From assembly GCA_951406725.2 (NCBI GenBank), contig OX597816.1:128278001-128342000 (forward strand): 64,000 nucleotides of DNA. Direction: 5' to 3'. The translations under genes were made by a program, and so were the position numbers. Below, piece after piece: positions 39,340 through 53,814 of this stretch. Under the pieces are notes generated by a model. It saw nothing but the letters and a program-made list of their open reading frames with translations, had not been told where the DNA came from and searched no databases. The stretch's first letter is position 1. Each line of letters opens with the position of its first letter. Source of the DNA: Octopus vulgaris. Lineage: Eukaryota.

Positions 39340-40110
39340 CCAGGAAGCAGATGAGATCATCTCACCATCTTGTCCACGCTGGCCTCTTGATCTTGTCTAT
39401 TGTCTTAGTGTCTATTCTGTCCATCTGTTGTCCTTTGGTCATGTAATGTGGCCAATCCATCAATATTTGTTCTTAATGATTCTTATGATGTTATTGACTC
39501 TTGTGTACTGTCAAATCCAGATGTTGGTTTATTTGTCCCACAATGAGCATAATTACTTCTATTTTCTGTTGAGGTACAATGTTGAGAGCCCAAATCATCA
39601 CTAGCAGATTGTATTCACTGAAGATAATTTAAAAAATTTTCATGGAAGCTTTGGGACTTTTCATCAGGTTTTCCATCACACTAGAAGCTGCTCAACTAAG
39701 GAGTATTTTCAGGTGATCTCCATCTCTTGTCACCATCTTTTCCAGGTAGATGTAACTGTGTACCTCTTCTATGATCTTGCCATTTATGGTGTTACTTGTG
39801 TAGTATGCCTGTTGAACATAGTATGCCTGTTGGACTTACCAAAGTTCATGTTGAGGCCAAAAGGTTGGTTTGTAGCATGGATATTAGTATTTCTGCCAGT
39901 TCCTTAGGTGTATGCATTGTCAAGATGATATCATCTGCAAACTCCAGGTAGCATAGTTGCTCTCCATCAATGTTGATGCCCTTCTTGTCCCACTGGATTT
40001 TGTTGATGCCAGCATCTTGCAGACATGATGTAAACAACTTTGGTGAGATGTTGTTACTTTGCTTTGCTCCTATCTCCAGCATGATCTTATCACTGTTTTG
40101 CATTAGCCTG
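39340..40110 (-). mobile_element. RTE-clade RT fragment
   Basis: GAKQSNNISPKLFTSCL..GINIDGEQLCYLEFADDIIL. Confidence 0.75.
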
Positions 40111-40184
40111 AGGGGCTATACACACACACACACACACACACATGTATGCATACATATATAAACATAGGTATGTGCATATACACA

Positions 40185-40374
<190 letters not shown>

Positions 40375-40839
40375 CATTTGAAAGATACACAAACAGAGCT
40401 GGGGTAGGAGTGAATGCAACACATTTGCATATATATTTTTACCTTGTTTATATTAACTGTATACACTTGAACTATTGCTAAATCATTTTCTGTTCTAGGT
40501 GTGTGTCTATGCATGAGAAACAAGGAGAAAGCAAGAGAGAGACAGCATGTGTGTGTGTGAGTGTATGCATGTATGTGTACAGGCGTCTGTATGACTGTAT
40601 GACAGTGGTTATGTTCTCAGTGACTGTGTGGAAGAGGGTGAATGTGGTGGGGGAAGAGAGAGACAAGGAAAGCAAAAATACAAGAAGCCAATCTTATGTG
40701 TAAAGTAAATAACCAGTGGATATTTGAGACCTTATAGTACTAATGTGGCTGTAATAAAAACAGTAACGGTAATTGGAGTTCCATCACCATCATCATCATT
40801 ATTATCATCACCCAATGCAGAATGTCAAAACATGTGAAT

Positions 40840-41306
<467 letters not shown>

Positions 41307-41654
41307 CGTGGAAGCTTTTTAATGAAGTCTCACACACAAAGTGGGCAATGAAAGAAAAAGGAAATACTGACAGAATGGAATACCCACAATGCACACTGAC
41401 AGCAAGGCTGAAAAGGGTATGTATTTCTTTGCTGAACTGAAGGAATTTTATGTGCTGTCATATTGAGGAAGTATAGGATTTAAAGAAAAACATTTAACAG
41501 AAAAAGAGAAACTGGTGTGGAGCACAGATTGCAGTGAAGATTAAATTTGAATTTCATTTAAAAAAAAATAAATTTAAAAAATTTTAATATATGAAAAAAA
41601 TTTCTTCATAACTTCAATAGAAATTTCATATTAATTAAAACTTCAATATTAAAT

Positions 41655-41656
<2 letters not shown>

Positions 41657-41698
<42 letters not shown>

Positions 41699-42170
41699 TG
41701 TTCTCCATGCTAGCATGGGTTTGACTGTTTGACTGGGGTCTGGGAAGCCAGGAGGTTGCACCAGGCTCCACTGATCTGGCAGTGTTTCTACAGCTAGATG
41801 CCCTTCCTAACACCAACCACTCCGTGAGTGTAGTGGGTGCTTTTTACGTGCTACCGGCACAAGGGGCAGGCAAGGCTGGCAATGGCCACGATCGGTTGGT
41901 GCTTTTTACGTGCCACCGGCACAGAAGCTAGTCAAGGCGATGCTGGCATCGGCTATGTTTTGATGGTGCTTTTTACGTGCCACCGGCGTAGGTATCACAA
42001 CTACAATTTCCATTTGATTATTTGATGTTGATGTACTTGACTCAATAGGTCTCCTCAAGCACAGCAGGTCACCCTACGATCCAAGGTAAACACAGCTGGC
42101 CGTCCTGTGATCCAAGATACTTTGGATAGGCTGGGCTTCTATGTAAAGATGGTGCAGAAAACAGCCATGA
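41657..42170 (-). mobile_element. RTE-type 3' tail element
   Basis: (CAT)n then the reverse complement of the tail with three diverged internal units. Confidence 0.8.
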
Positions 42171-42294
42171 ACTTACGTTATCTGTCGGGTCTTCATTTTT
42201 AAACTTATTTAAAAAGTATGAATGTGTGGCTAAGCATTTAAGCTTTATAAAAATATTTTCCATTCAATAGTAAATATGCATCTTTTAGCTGTTA

Positions 42295-42650
42295 GCTTTT
42301 GTCTTTTACTTGTTTCAGTCATTAGACTGTGGACATGCTGGGGCACTCTACCTTGAAGAATTTATAGTCGAATGGATTGATGCAATGCTTACTTTTTTTT
42401 TAAAGTTTAATACTTATTCTGCCAACTTCTTTTGCTAAACCGCTAAGTCACGAGCAGGTATACACACCAACACCAGTTGTCAAGTGGTAGTGGGGGTGAA
42501 GCACAGAGACAAAGAAACACACATACACACATATATATATATATATACACAACAGATTTCTTGCAATTTCCATCTACCAAATACACTCTCCAGGCTCTGG
42601 TCAGCCTGAAGCCATAGTAGAAGAGACTTTCCTATGGTGCCATTACATTT
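42295..42650 (-). mobile_element. SINE (microsatellite-containing family)
   Basis: Reverse complement of the 21950-type element. Confidence 0.75.
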
Positions 42651-42779
42651 ATTGACACATGTATGCATTTATGCTTACACACACACACACATGCACCTAT
42701 ATACATATACATATATATACACACACACACACACATACGTACATATATATATATGTATATCTATATCTGTGTGTGTGTG

Positions 42780-42913
<134 letters not shown>

Positions 42914-43779
42914 TCACCACTATTGTTTTAGCCTCTACTTTTCCATGCTTCTATGGCTCAGGCTAGAATATATTCAAGCAGAGTTTTCTAGGGGCTTGAT
43001 GCCTTATTTGTCACTCAATCACCTGTCTCTAAGTGATATAATAATCTGCCAGTCTATTGAACGAGAAACAGTATGGACATGCTTATGCAGAGAAAGAGAA
43101 ACAAATTGCACCAACATAAACAAATGGCACCAAGATATTGTTTCTTGAAGCCCTGACATACTTTTGCAATGATCTGCTAAGTAATGACATGGTTACTAGA
43201 CACATTGTTTACTAACCAGCAAGAAAAATACATGTAGACAAGATAAATATGAAGTCACTGATACAAACACATGCACACACATGCACATATATCACACACA
43301 CACACATACATATCACACACACACACACATATATATCTCACACACATATATCACACACATATAATCACATACGCACACACATCTCACAAACACACACATG
43401 CTCACACACACACATACATACATATATACCATACACTACAGGCTTCTTCTAGTTTCCATCTACCAAGTCTATTCACATGGCTTTGGTTGGCCTTCAGCTA
43501 CAGCAAAAGACACTTGCCCATAATGCCACACAGTGGGACTGAACCCAAAACTCTGTGGTTTGAAAATGAACCTCTTAACCACGTGTGTGTGCACACATAC
43601 ATACACACATACACGTGCATGTGTGTGTATGAATATTACATGGGTGTGTTTGTGTGCGTGTGTGCATGTGTATAAAATAATATATGTATAAGGAAGAATG
43701 AAATGGAAGAACGCTACTACATATATTGATCACCATTTCCTCTTATTTATACATAAAACCAAATTCTCATATAAACACT

Positions 43780-44140
43780 GATGAAATGAACTCCTTAAAA
43801 TCCCTGGAAGGCTCCCTAGCAGTAGTTAACAGCTGTTGTTATTTAGGTGACCTAATTTGCAGTGGCAGTAGGTGCCTTAAAAGCATAGTAACTTCAGTAA
43901 GAATGGTGGGGGTAGGTTTTCTGGGAACTATTAACTCTGTTGGCAACAAAGAAATTCAGGATTCAGATTTGCTCTCTAAATAGAGGACAGATTACATGTT
44001 GTGCATGTCATAGAAAGATGGGCAGTGAATGCAAATGTTTATGCTAAAGCTGGAAATAAATAATGTGAGAATGCTCTGCTGGATGTGTAATGTTAGGATG
44101 AACAAACAGCAGTGCACAAGTGATTTGAAAGTAAATTTAT
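43780..44140 (+). mobile_element. RTE fragment
   Basis: SLAVVNSCCYLGDLICSGSRCLKSIVTSVR, homologous to the 4408 region. Confidence 0.65.
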
Positions 44141-44144
44141 ACAT

Positions 44145-44468
44145 ACTGGCACTTTGTCAGTTAAAACGATGTGTGTTCCAGTTGATCTGATCAATGGAAC
44201 AGCCTGCTCATGAAATTAATGTGCAAGTGGCTGAGCACTCCACAAACACATGTACCCTTAATGTAGTTCTCAGGGAGATTCATTGTTACACAAAATGTGA
44301 CAAGGTTGACTCTTTGGAATACAGGTGCTACTAATTTTTGCCAGCTGAGTGGACTGAACAATGTAAAATAAAGTGTCTTGCTGAAGAATTCAACATGCTC
44401 CCAGGAATTGAACTCACAACTTTGTGATCATGAGCTGAATATCCCTAGCCACTAAGCTATGTGCCTTC
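44145..44468 (-). mobile_element. tRNA-derived SINE
   Basis: Reverse complement of the 18468-type element. Confidence 0.8.
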
Positions 44469-45099
44469 ACTACATGTATGCATAAGGAGAATGAGCAATA
44501 GTGTGCTACAAAGTGTAAATGTATTAGCATGGAGATGAGGCATATGATAGATGATTGTTGCATAAAGGAGAGCTAAACTATCAATGTGGTAAGAACATGC
44601 AAAATAGGAAGAGTGAGGAAGCCATGGGAAGAATAACAGAGTGATCTCAAGTGTCTGAAACTTACAAAGGAAATGATGAGAGATTGCAACAAGTTGTGCT
44701 GGGGAAGACTCATATAATTCATGCAAGAATGGAAAAATAGATGAAAAGTTGTTTATGATGATGACAATGGTGTTAATATACATCTCTCCCACAAGTTAAT
44801 GTCATTTGATTCTTAGGTGTCATTCACATTCACATTGACACCTATTTTTTACTACATGTGTTATATATATAGTAATAAGTTAGAGATAACCAAATAATAA
44901 AGAAGATTAAATGCACAGTGTGTCTAATTCAATAAAATAGTACGTACACACACACACATATACATATAAATATATGAAATGTAATATTGCTATGCCTAAG
45001 CCAAATCATAAAATATTTCCATACATACATACATATATACATACATACATACATACATACATACATACATACATACGTATATGTCTGAATTAAAGAAAC

Positions 45100-45728
45100 C
45101 TGAAAATAACACTGATATCTCATTTTAACAGATATATTTACCAAAATTACATAAAAGTATCTTGAAATACTAAAAAGTAAATTTATTCAATAAAATTGCC
45201 ATTGGCTTCAACCACGGTCTCCAGACAACTTCAGAATCTCTTGCAACTCTTCTGGACAGTTAGTTTCTTTGTTTAAGTTGGTGAATGCTTCCAGCAGCCA
45301 CTCTCTTGACCCAGGGCAGCACTACCTCATCCAGGCACTTGATGTAGGCCTCCATATTGAGTGTGAAGCCGTGTGGGAAGATGAATAAAGGCATAATGTT
45401 ACTATCACTAGTGATCACACCAAATACCATGATGTTTATAGGATGTTTGATTTTTATCACTCTTGGTACATGTCCTCAGATTGCACTGTCCTCAAATTGA
45501 CACCCACTCTCAAATGTTCCCATTGAAGCTTCTGGCACAAATGCCAAGTAGTACAGCATGCCATTTCTAAATTTCTGGCAGAGTGAATTGTATCATCGTG
45601 GTGTTTTACTCATAGATGGTGCCCAACTGACCCTACTATGTTGTGTAGTCAACAAAATCAAAAACAAACAATGCACATGTGTGAAATTAAAATTATAAAT
45701 GGTGAAAATTTACAGAGTGCACCCTGTA
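45100..45728 (-). mobile_element. Internally deleted Tc1/mariner-superfamily element
   Basis: KHPINIMVFGVITSDSNIMPLFIFPHG..YIKCLDEVVLPWVK; terminus CACCCTG|TA. Confidence 0.7.
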
Positions 45729-45755
45729 TATATAGACATATATACACTTAGATAC

Positions 45756-45786
<31 letters not shown>

Positions 45787-45811
45787 TACATAAATACACA
45801 CAACACATGAG

Positions 45812-45845
<34 letters not shown>

Positions 45846-46283
45846 TATATACACCCAGACAGGCAGACAAACATTTGCATATAATCAAATCTGAATATTT
45901 TCCTAGACTTAAATCTTGCTTTGAATTGTTACTTCACAAGTTCTGTAAATGTAATACCAATTCTAAAGAGATAATATGAATGTGGTTTTGAGCTTAAACA
46001 CAAGGCAATATTTATTGGAGGTGTTAAAGTATTTTGGAATGAAATACAATCACATTTTCTTTCTGTGTATGCATGTACATTATATATATATATCTGGTGT
46101 ATATATTTGTAGATCTGCTTTTTATAAGCATTTCTGTTTGTCCTTTATGAATGTCTATCTGTGCTTTTGTATACATGTATGATGTTAGTTTTTTTTTTGT
46201 TGCTTTTTTGGGTATGTTTACTTTAATGCAGATAACCTGTCAAAAACTTTGTATTTAAAGTAATCGTATATCAATACATTTGA

Positions 46284-46314
<31 letters not shown>

Positions 46315-46372
46315 AAGAAGAAGAAGAAGAAGAAGAAGAAGAAGAAGGTGATGATGATGATGATGATGATGA
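46284..46372. repeat. (GAA)n(GAT)n microsatellite
   Basis: Trinucleotide arrays. Confidence 0.95.
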
Positions 46373-47189
46373 TGGAACAACAGCAGTGCACAAATGAGCT
46401 GTGAGTAAAAGCATCATCATCATCATTATCCTCATCAACATCACCACCACTACCACCACCACTATCATCATCAGTGATCTTTGATTTTCACTTATTTATT
46501 TTGGCCTGTTGTGGACAAAGCTACAAAGTAGCTTCTCTCAAACTGATACTTGCATTTGGCAATTTATTCCCTTAGCCACCAGTTTCTGACTAATCTAATC
46601 CAACCTAGTTATGCTTCTAGTGCTTTTCTTGGCTTAACTTTACAGGGAGCTAATGTAAACCAATAACGGGTGGCATACTGAAAATGGCATACTGATAAAG
46701 GGCCAAAAAATAGGAAAATATATATGTTTACAGATTTTATCTTAATGCACCATTTCATCAGAGAATTGAAACAACAATCTTGTAATCATGAGTGCAACAC
46801 CCAAACCTCTAAGCCATCCACCCACATACATTACATATATATGTATGTATATATGTATCTTTGTATGTATGTATGCATGTAACTCCTGGTAAATTAACAG
46901 TTTTTGTTTGTTGATTCCACTCACAAGGATTTGGTTGACTCAGGGTTATAGTAGAAGACATCTGTTCAAGATGCCTTGCTGTGGAACTGAATTCAAAGTT
47001 GGGAAGCAATCTTCTGAAACATGCAGCCATGCCTGCACCTTGTCTCAAAATTTAGATTTAGTTTTATATCCACCAAATTAATTAAATTTTTGCATCTATT
47101 TTTCTATGCTTGTACATGTCATATTTTCTTTTCCTTTGAACAATTGCTTCCACAACTAGATTCCAACTCAGTGGCTAACCATTGGAATC

Positions 47190-48175
47190 CCAAGAACTGA
47201 ACTTATATTTTTTGTCAATTATGCATATTCAATCACACAGAAGCAGAGCTATGTGCCTTGATCAGAGACAGAACCGTAAAATCTTGGCCAATGTTCTCCA
47301 CCATTCTTTTTTTTTGTGGATGTCAAGAATTTGTACAACCACTCAATGGATATTTGAGTTACCTAACTTCTGTCAATACAGTTTTATACACTTTCCACCA
47401 GGAATGGAAAGAATGTCACATCCTTACATTATCTTGTATCATTTGAGCTCACAAAATAAGAATATTGATATAATGCACTCAGTGTATGGAAAACTTTTAG
47501 ACTGAAATCTTACAGGTCAACTCTTTCCATTTAGCTCATTTTTTAGAGTTTAAAACAAAATTCTTAATTTTCTTTCCATTGGATTCTTGCTCATGAATCT
47601 TGTCTCATTTTTATTTAGGTAAGCTTCTGCCACATGTTTTTGAGAGGCAATTTTACAATCTCACAAAGTAGTAATTGAGAACAAAGCATCCACATTAATG
47701 TCAGCTCCATCTTCAAAACCATTGCCTTAAATTCTTTAATGTCAATAAAAGTTTATTCCAAGACTCTTCACTTAGGCAACTGACAGCCTTTATAAAACAT
47801 CCATCCACCCTGAAGTGAGGAGACAAGCCTTTATGCTGCATGGCTTTCTAATATAGCAGTCACATTTTCTTTCAAGCAAATATCTCGTATCTTAAGTGCT
47901 GGCTTTACTTATTCTAAAGCCTAAATCTCTGGCTAACATACAAATATGACTGAGCTGACCGAAACATGAAAGCTAATCAATAAAAAAGACTGGATGAAAT
48001 TTAACATGATGGTTCCCAAAGATGAGCATTTAACTCTACAGTATCTTATTATTTTGAATTATACCAACTAGAGTTTACTTAGAATTTCATTTCCAAGAAA
48101 GGTGATGGTTGTAAAAAATATTAAAGTGGGAGGGAAAAAAACTACATATAGTATGTTTCAAATCTATAAAATGTT
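47190..48175. repeat. Inverted duplication arm A (partner 53815-55170, minus the 54610-54865 segment)
   Basis: 47554-47704 is the exact reverse complement of 54276-54426; 47473-47920 is about 95% identical; flanks decay to about 65-80%. Confidence 0.9.
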
Positions 48176-48330
48176 ATGTGAAGAGTAGAGAGGTAATTAT
48201 AGTTAAAATTTTAAATTTACATTACTTTAAAGAAATAAGTATCAAAACTTCTATTTACTTCCAGGGTACTTTGAGCACAAGATAGAAAAATATTTAAAAG
48301 AGCATTTATATATTTTTGCCTCTTACCACC

Positions 48331-48390
<60 letters not shown>

Positions 48391-49445
48391 TTATCTATCT
48401 ATCTATCCATCCATCCATCTACCTATCTACCTACCTACCTACCTACCTACCTACCTATATGTTTCTGTGTGTGTGTGTGTGTGTGTGTGTGGTAGGGTGA
48501 GTGCATGTCCATAAATATATATACATACACACACTATTTTTACATACATATATAATATAAATACATATACTTATACATACACTCATACATACATATATGC
48601 AAGTATGTATCATCTACAGAACAGAAAATAAGTACATCGTTTTTTGTTTTTTTTTATACTAAATACATGAAGTTTAGTTAACGAGACTATATTTAGAATT
48701 TCAGGAAGTATTTTTTTCCCATTTTAAAAATCTAATTATATTTTACTTTCAGTATAGTGGCTTGCTACAGTGATGCACTATTTGGGGAACATTGCTTTAG
48801 AGAAAATGCCCTAAGCTAGAATGAATTGGGTTTTTAAGATATACAAAACAAATATTACTGAGACAAAGTGCAATATTGTTGAAAATAATAATGGACATTA
48901 AGGTGAGCTTTCTTTCTCTCTTTCACTAATGGATATATATGTATAAAGTATTATCATATAATTGTTAGACAAACAATAAATTGGGAAGCAATCATTGGAA
49001 TTTTACTTCATTAATAAACAAAGCTTGTTTGTTTTTATGTCTCTTTTACTATGCTTATATGGATTAGAGAAATATGTTATAATGGCAAGGATTTTTAGTA
49101 GAATGCTCTTCATGTCACTGACCATTACCTGTTTTTAAAGGGATTTCTTTTCTTTCATATATCATCAAGAGCACAAAATGAGCAGATGGTTTGTTCACAT
49201 GCGAACAGATAACATTACTGATCATGGGTCACATAAAAATGAGTGCAAATGTTAAAGGAAGATACGCACACACACATACACGGCTATATGGTTTGGAACT
49301 AAACATTTTAACCATACAAACATGCTTCTACCTCATATTATTTGCTATATAACTTTTAAAATATATCTTTCTAGTTTCAGTCTATGAAAAATTAAGTAAT
49401 CCTCCTGCCAAAAAAATTAAATAAAAGAGGCAGTTATAACAAATA

Positions 49446-50714
49446 TTGGGTCATTCCATAAATAATGTGGGTTTTTTTAAATACTTTTATTTTTCAAAAT
49501 TAAGATAAACAAAGTTCTTTTTTAATCTAAAATATACTCTCCTTCACTTTCTACAATGCTCTTCCATCTATCTGGTAGACTTGCAAGGCCCCTCTTCCAA
49601 AATTCACTGGTCTGTGGTGAAAAATACTCCTCCAGTACTGGTCTGATCTCGTCTACAGAATTCATATTTTCCCTGTCCAAATGATTTTAAAGACTACAGA
49701 ATAAATGATAATCAGATGGGGCAATGTCTGGTGAATATGGTGGATGGGGTATCGTTTCTCATTCAAACTACTTCAGCCTTTTGAATGTCATCCTCTCTGA
49801 TGGAAGAACACCTTTCGTCTTGAAGCCAAAGATGGTCGTTTTCTATCTAGTGCTGACTTAAGCCACTCAAGGTACTTGCAGTAGATCTCCTTTGTTATTG
49901 TTTGGTTTGGATTTAAAAGTTCAAAGTGGACTAAACGTTTCATATCCCACAAAACAGATAACAACACCTTATATGGGTGAAGCCCTTCTTTAGCCTGGTG
50001 TGCCAGTGTTTCTCCTTTCCCTATCCACTGTCCTCAGCACTTGATATTTTGATAGGGAATCCATTTCTCCTCACCAGTCACTATTCAGTCTAAAGATGGT
50101 TCATTTATGAGATGTAACAGCAAAGAAGGACACACATTCACTTGCTGAATGCAATTAGACTCGGAAAGTTTGTGGGGAATCCATTGATCCAATTTGCTGA
50201 CTTTTCTGATGGCACGCAGGTGTTGATGAATAGTTGAATGACCAAATCCAAGCTTCTCTGCTAGTTCCTCAACAGTTATTATGGGATTTTGTTCCACCAG
50301 GGATTACAGGACACCCTCGTCATACTCTACAGATCATCCAGGACGAGGCTCATCTTATAGGTTGTAGTTTCTGGCTCGGAATTTCTGGAACCACAGTTGA
50401 CACTGGATTACACTTATTGTCTGATTCCCATACACTGCATTAATATTCTATGCCCTTTCTGTTGCATTGTTGCCTTTTATTGAACTCATAAAGCAAAATA
50501 TGCCAAATATGCTCCTTTGTCACTTCCATTATAGCATTGAAAAAGTAACTGTTAAAATCGAACTGCACTTTTCAAAACTTGCTCTAAGAATAAGGACAAG
50601 GTAAAATTACTACCTGCTTTTGTAGCAAATTGATGCAGGTAGCTTATCACATCCCCCTCCAAATTTTAGTTCATGCAAGCGAAAAAAATCGCCTTATTTA
50701 TTGGGATGACCTAA
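49446..50714 (-). mobile_element. Full-length decayed mariner with TIRs and TA target duplication
   Basis: TA|TTGGGTCATTCCATAAATAATG.. and ..TTATTTATTGGGATGACCTAA|TA; KLDQWIPHKL; HPPYSPDIAPSDYHL. Confidence 0.9.
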
Positions 50715-51069
50715 TATTTTTAAATTGGATATTGGATATTCATATTTATATGTACATAAATACAAGCAGCGGTGGAGGGGAGGGTAAACAAACTTACGTT
50801 TAGCTAAAATATATTTGAGACATATTTTAAATTCTAAAGGCAAATCCACTGCATTTACCATGGAGAAAAAATTCTCACTGATAGGAAAAGTTGGAAAACA
50901 CCATATGCCCATTACTTCCCTCTAGCATATTCTCAGACACACATTTCAGGCTCTTTAGTCTTCTCTCCAGTATAACTGCAGTAACTTTGCCTATAGAAGT
51001 TAAAATATGTCACAAAAATATTTTAAAACATAACCTAAAATTCATACATATATATATACATATATATAC

Positions 51070-51102
<33 letters not shown>

Positions 51103-51213
51103 TATATATGTAATATATATATATTCATCCAACCCATGCCAGCATGGAAAATGGACGTTAAACGATGATGATGATGATGGTGATATATATATATGTATGT
51201 ATATTATATATAT

Positions 51214-52692
51214 AAGCGCAACTATGCCTCCCCTGGTCTCGATGGAGTTACATACTTGCTTCTCAAACGTGGCAGGCACTTCCTTTTACACCAGCTTTCT
51301 ATTTTCTTCCAGTACTGTCTCAACAATGGTGCTACTCCGGAGCAGTGGAAAACTGCCAGTGTCATTCCTCTGTTCAAAAAGGGTGACCGCACATCACCTG
51401 TCAACTATCGCCCAGTCAGTCTCACTAGCTGTATTGCAAAACTGATGGAATCGTGTGTCAGAGAAACACTCTGGAACTTCTGGAGCTCTCACAGTCTCAT
51501 CCGACCCTCACAATATGGATTTGTCCCTAACTCCAGCTGCAGTGACCAGCTTGTCGAGTTCCTTGAGGACATTACTCAGATCACTGACAGTGGCTCATGG
51601 GTGGATGTTGTCTACCTTGACTTTGCTAAGGCTTTCAACTCTGTGCCACACAAAAGGCTTATGGTGAAACTCTCTGCAATGGGTGTGGGGGATGACCTTT
51701 TTAACTGGTTGAAATCCTTCATCCTCAGCCGAAAGGAGGTAGTCACAGTTCTAGGACAGCACTCTACACCATATGAGATGTCATCGGGTGTACCACAGGG
51801 ATCTGTCCTTGGTCCCCTCCTGTTTGTGGCATACATTAATGACATAGATGCCAATTTAAAGAATGCCACAGTATTGAAATATGCAGACGACATCAAGCTG
51901 TACCTTGAAATCAAGAGGACTGATCCTGATGTCTACAACTCTTTCCTGCAATCAGACCTAGACACAATGCAGCAATGGATCACAGACTGGCAACTGAAAC
52001 TGGCTGTGGACAAGTGTACCACCATGCATTTTGGGAGAAAAAACCCTGCGTCCACATACTCCCTCCACAACACTGATATCAAGAAATCCTCTTGCGAGCG
52101 TGACCTAGGCATCACTGTCAGCAGTGATTTGCGTTGGACAAAGCATATCTCTAAAATTGTCAAGAAGGCCGAGGGTGTCTTGGCATCACTCAGCAAGACT
52201 TTTGTTAGCCGCTCTCCAGCCATCTATTTAAAACTGTATACAGCTATGGTACGACCACACTTGGAATTCGCATCATCAGTTTGGAATCCCTATCTTGCTC
52301 AGAACATTGACCTCCTGGAATCTGTCCAGAGACGTGCAACCAAACGCATACCCTCCATCAGACACCTACCATATTCTGAGCACCTTGTTTCCCTGGGCAT
52401 GGATTCACTGAAGCTCCGGCGTCTAGCGACGGACTTGGTAAACACCCACAAGGTTATCAACCACCTCACCAACAACAACACTGAACACCTTTTTGATCTC
52501 CATGTGTCTAACACACGTGGACATGCCTACAAAGTCAGAAAACAGCACAGCTCCCATGACTTTCGGAAACATTTTTTCACGCTCAGGGTTGCTGAAGCGT
52601 GGAATAAACTGCCTGCATCAGTTGTTGACTGCCATGACACTGCATCCTTTAAGGCCCTCATGCTTCCCGAAATCCGTCGAAACTACACCTGA
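51214..52692 (+). CDS. Uninterrupted 5'-truncated reverse transcriptase ORF of a CR1-group LINE
   Basis: About 490 aa without stops: NYRPVSLTS, DFAKAFNSV, GVPQGSVLGPLLF, YADD, CR1-type C-terminus TRGHAYK..FFTLRVAEAWNKLP; the upstream Met lies in a microsatellite. Confidence 0.9.
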   Translation, partial: KRNYASPGLDGVTYLLLKRGRHFLLHQLSIFFQYCLNNGATPEQWKTASVIPLFKKGDRTSPVNYRPVSLTSCIAKLMESCVRETLWNFWSSHSLIRPSQYGFVPNSSCSDQLVEFLEDITQITDSGSWVDVVYLDFAKAFNSVPHKRLMVKLSAMGVGDDLFNWLKSFILSRKEVVTVLGQHSTPYEMSSGVPQGSVLGPLLFVAYINDIDANLKNATVLKYADDIKLYLEIKRTDPDVYNSFLQSDLDTMQQWITDWQLKLAVDKCTTMHFGRKNPASTYSLHNTDIKKSSCERDLGITVSSDLRWTKHISKIVKKAEGVLASLSKTFVSRSPAIYLKLYTAMVRPHLEFASSVWNPYLAQNIDLLESVQRRATKRIPSIRHLPYSEHLVSLGMDSLKLRRLATDLVNTHKVINHLTNNNTEHLFDLHVSNTRGHAYKVRKQHSSHDFRKHFFTLRVAEAWNKLPASVVDCHDTASFKALMLPEIRRNYT

Positions 52693-52741
52693 TTATATAT
52701 ACACTTTAGATGAGTTGTAGTGCACCTGAGCACTGTACACA

Positions 52742-52768
<27 letters not shown>
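51214..52768 (+). mobile_element. CR1-group LINE insertion with a short 3' UTR and (TTA)n tail
   Basis: ORF above, 3' hairpin (GTGCAC..GTACAC), ATT-repeat tail, flanked by (TA)n. Confidence 0.85.
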
Positions 52769-52796
<28 letters not shown>

Positions 52797-52800
<4 letters not shown>

Positions 52801-52975
52801 TAATCCAAACAAGAGAACACAGAAAAAAAGAGAAAAAAAAGAGAGAAAAAAACACAGCAACGCAGGACATGGAACAATTAAAGTATTATTGACGCTCAGG
52901 AAAGAAGGGAAGGAGGGTTTAACGTTTCGAGCGGAGCTCTTCGTCGGAAACAAGGAGAAGGAAAGATCCCAAGGA
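52797..52975 (-). mobile_element. Short Penelope-pLTR-like element with a hammerhead-like motif
   Basis: Minus 52917-52951: GTTT-CCGACGA-A-GAGC-TCC-GCTC-GAAA-CGT-T-AAAC. Confidence 0.65.
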
Positions 52976-52977
52976 GG

Positions 52978-53017
<40 letters not shown>

Positions 53018-53814
53018 AATATTTTAGACTAATGAGTATATGTCAATTAGTGTGTTGACTCATACAACACAATATGATACAGGTTGGGTCAAAATGATCA
53101 TTGTACAAAATAAAGAGTTGTAGACAGACAGACAGGTAGATAGCTAGCTAGATAGATAGATATCAATAAATTCAAACTAATTAAATGAATTCTTAATTTA
53201 TTCACATAAATATCCATGAAGTATGACAAAAAGAAAGTATTAAATATTAGCATTTACTTAAACTTGGAAACAGCTGCCAGTGAATGTGCACTCAGTCAAA
53301 AACTCCTCATAACAAATGCCAGATTTCAGGAGAGAATGTGCACCATTTCAGGGCCGTCCTCTTGACAGTTTTACAGTGCATCAGCACCCTTTACTGATGT
53401 GAGGCCCCACTTACTGTTTCAACTGACTACGTAAATATTTGCTGTAATATATTGTTGTGTATATAAGGCAGCGAGCTGACATTCTGTCATCTGTGCCAGG
53501 CAAAATGCTTAGCAGTATTTCGTTCATACTTACATCCAGCCAAAGTCAACAAAATAATTACCAATTGAGCACTGGGGTCGACGTAATCAACTCATCTCCT
53601 CCCACTGAACTTACTGGCCTTGTGCAAAAATTTGAAACCAATATATTACTGTGGAATATGTGGTGTATATTATTTTCTCATCTAGTCATTATAATTGACT
53701 TTCAGTAGTATTTTTTTACTGATGTTATTTCTTTACACCACATTTATACTCTGAGAAAACATCCAAGTCATTCCACTTATTTATATCGTTTTGCCCAGCT
53801 ATTCCAATATCTAA

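Noticed and set aside
48650-48910. Possible inverted partner of 57430-57630
   Set aside because: Short weak matches in non-colinear order; consistent with chance
43172-53426. Several 10-25-nt minus-strand microexon-like sites (about 43165, 45090, 49140, 53420)
   Set aside because: Weak acceptors or adjacent to repeats; expected by chance
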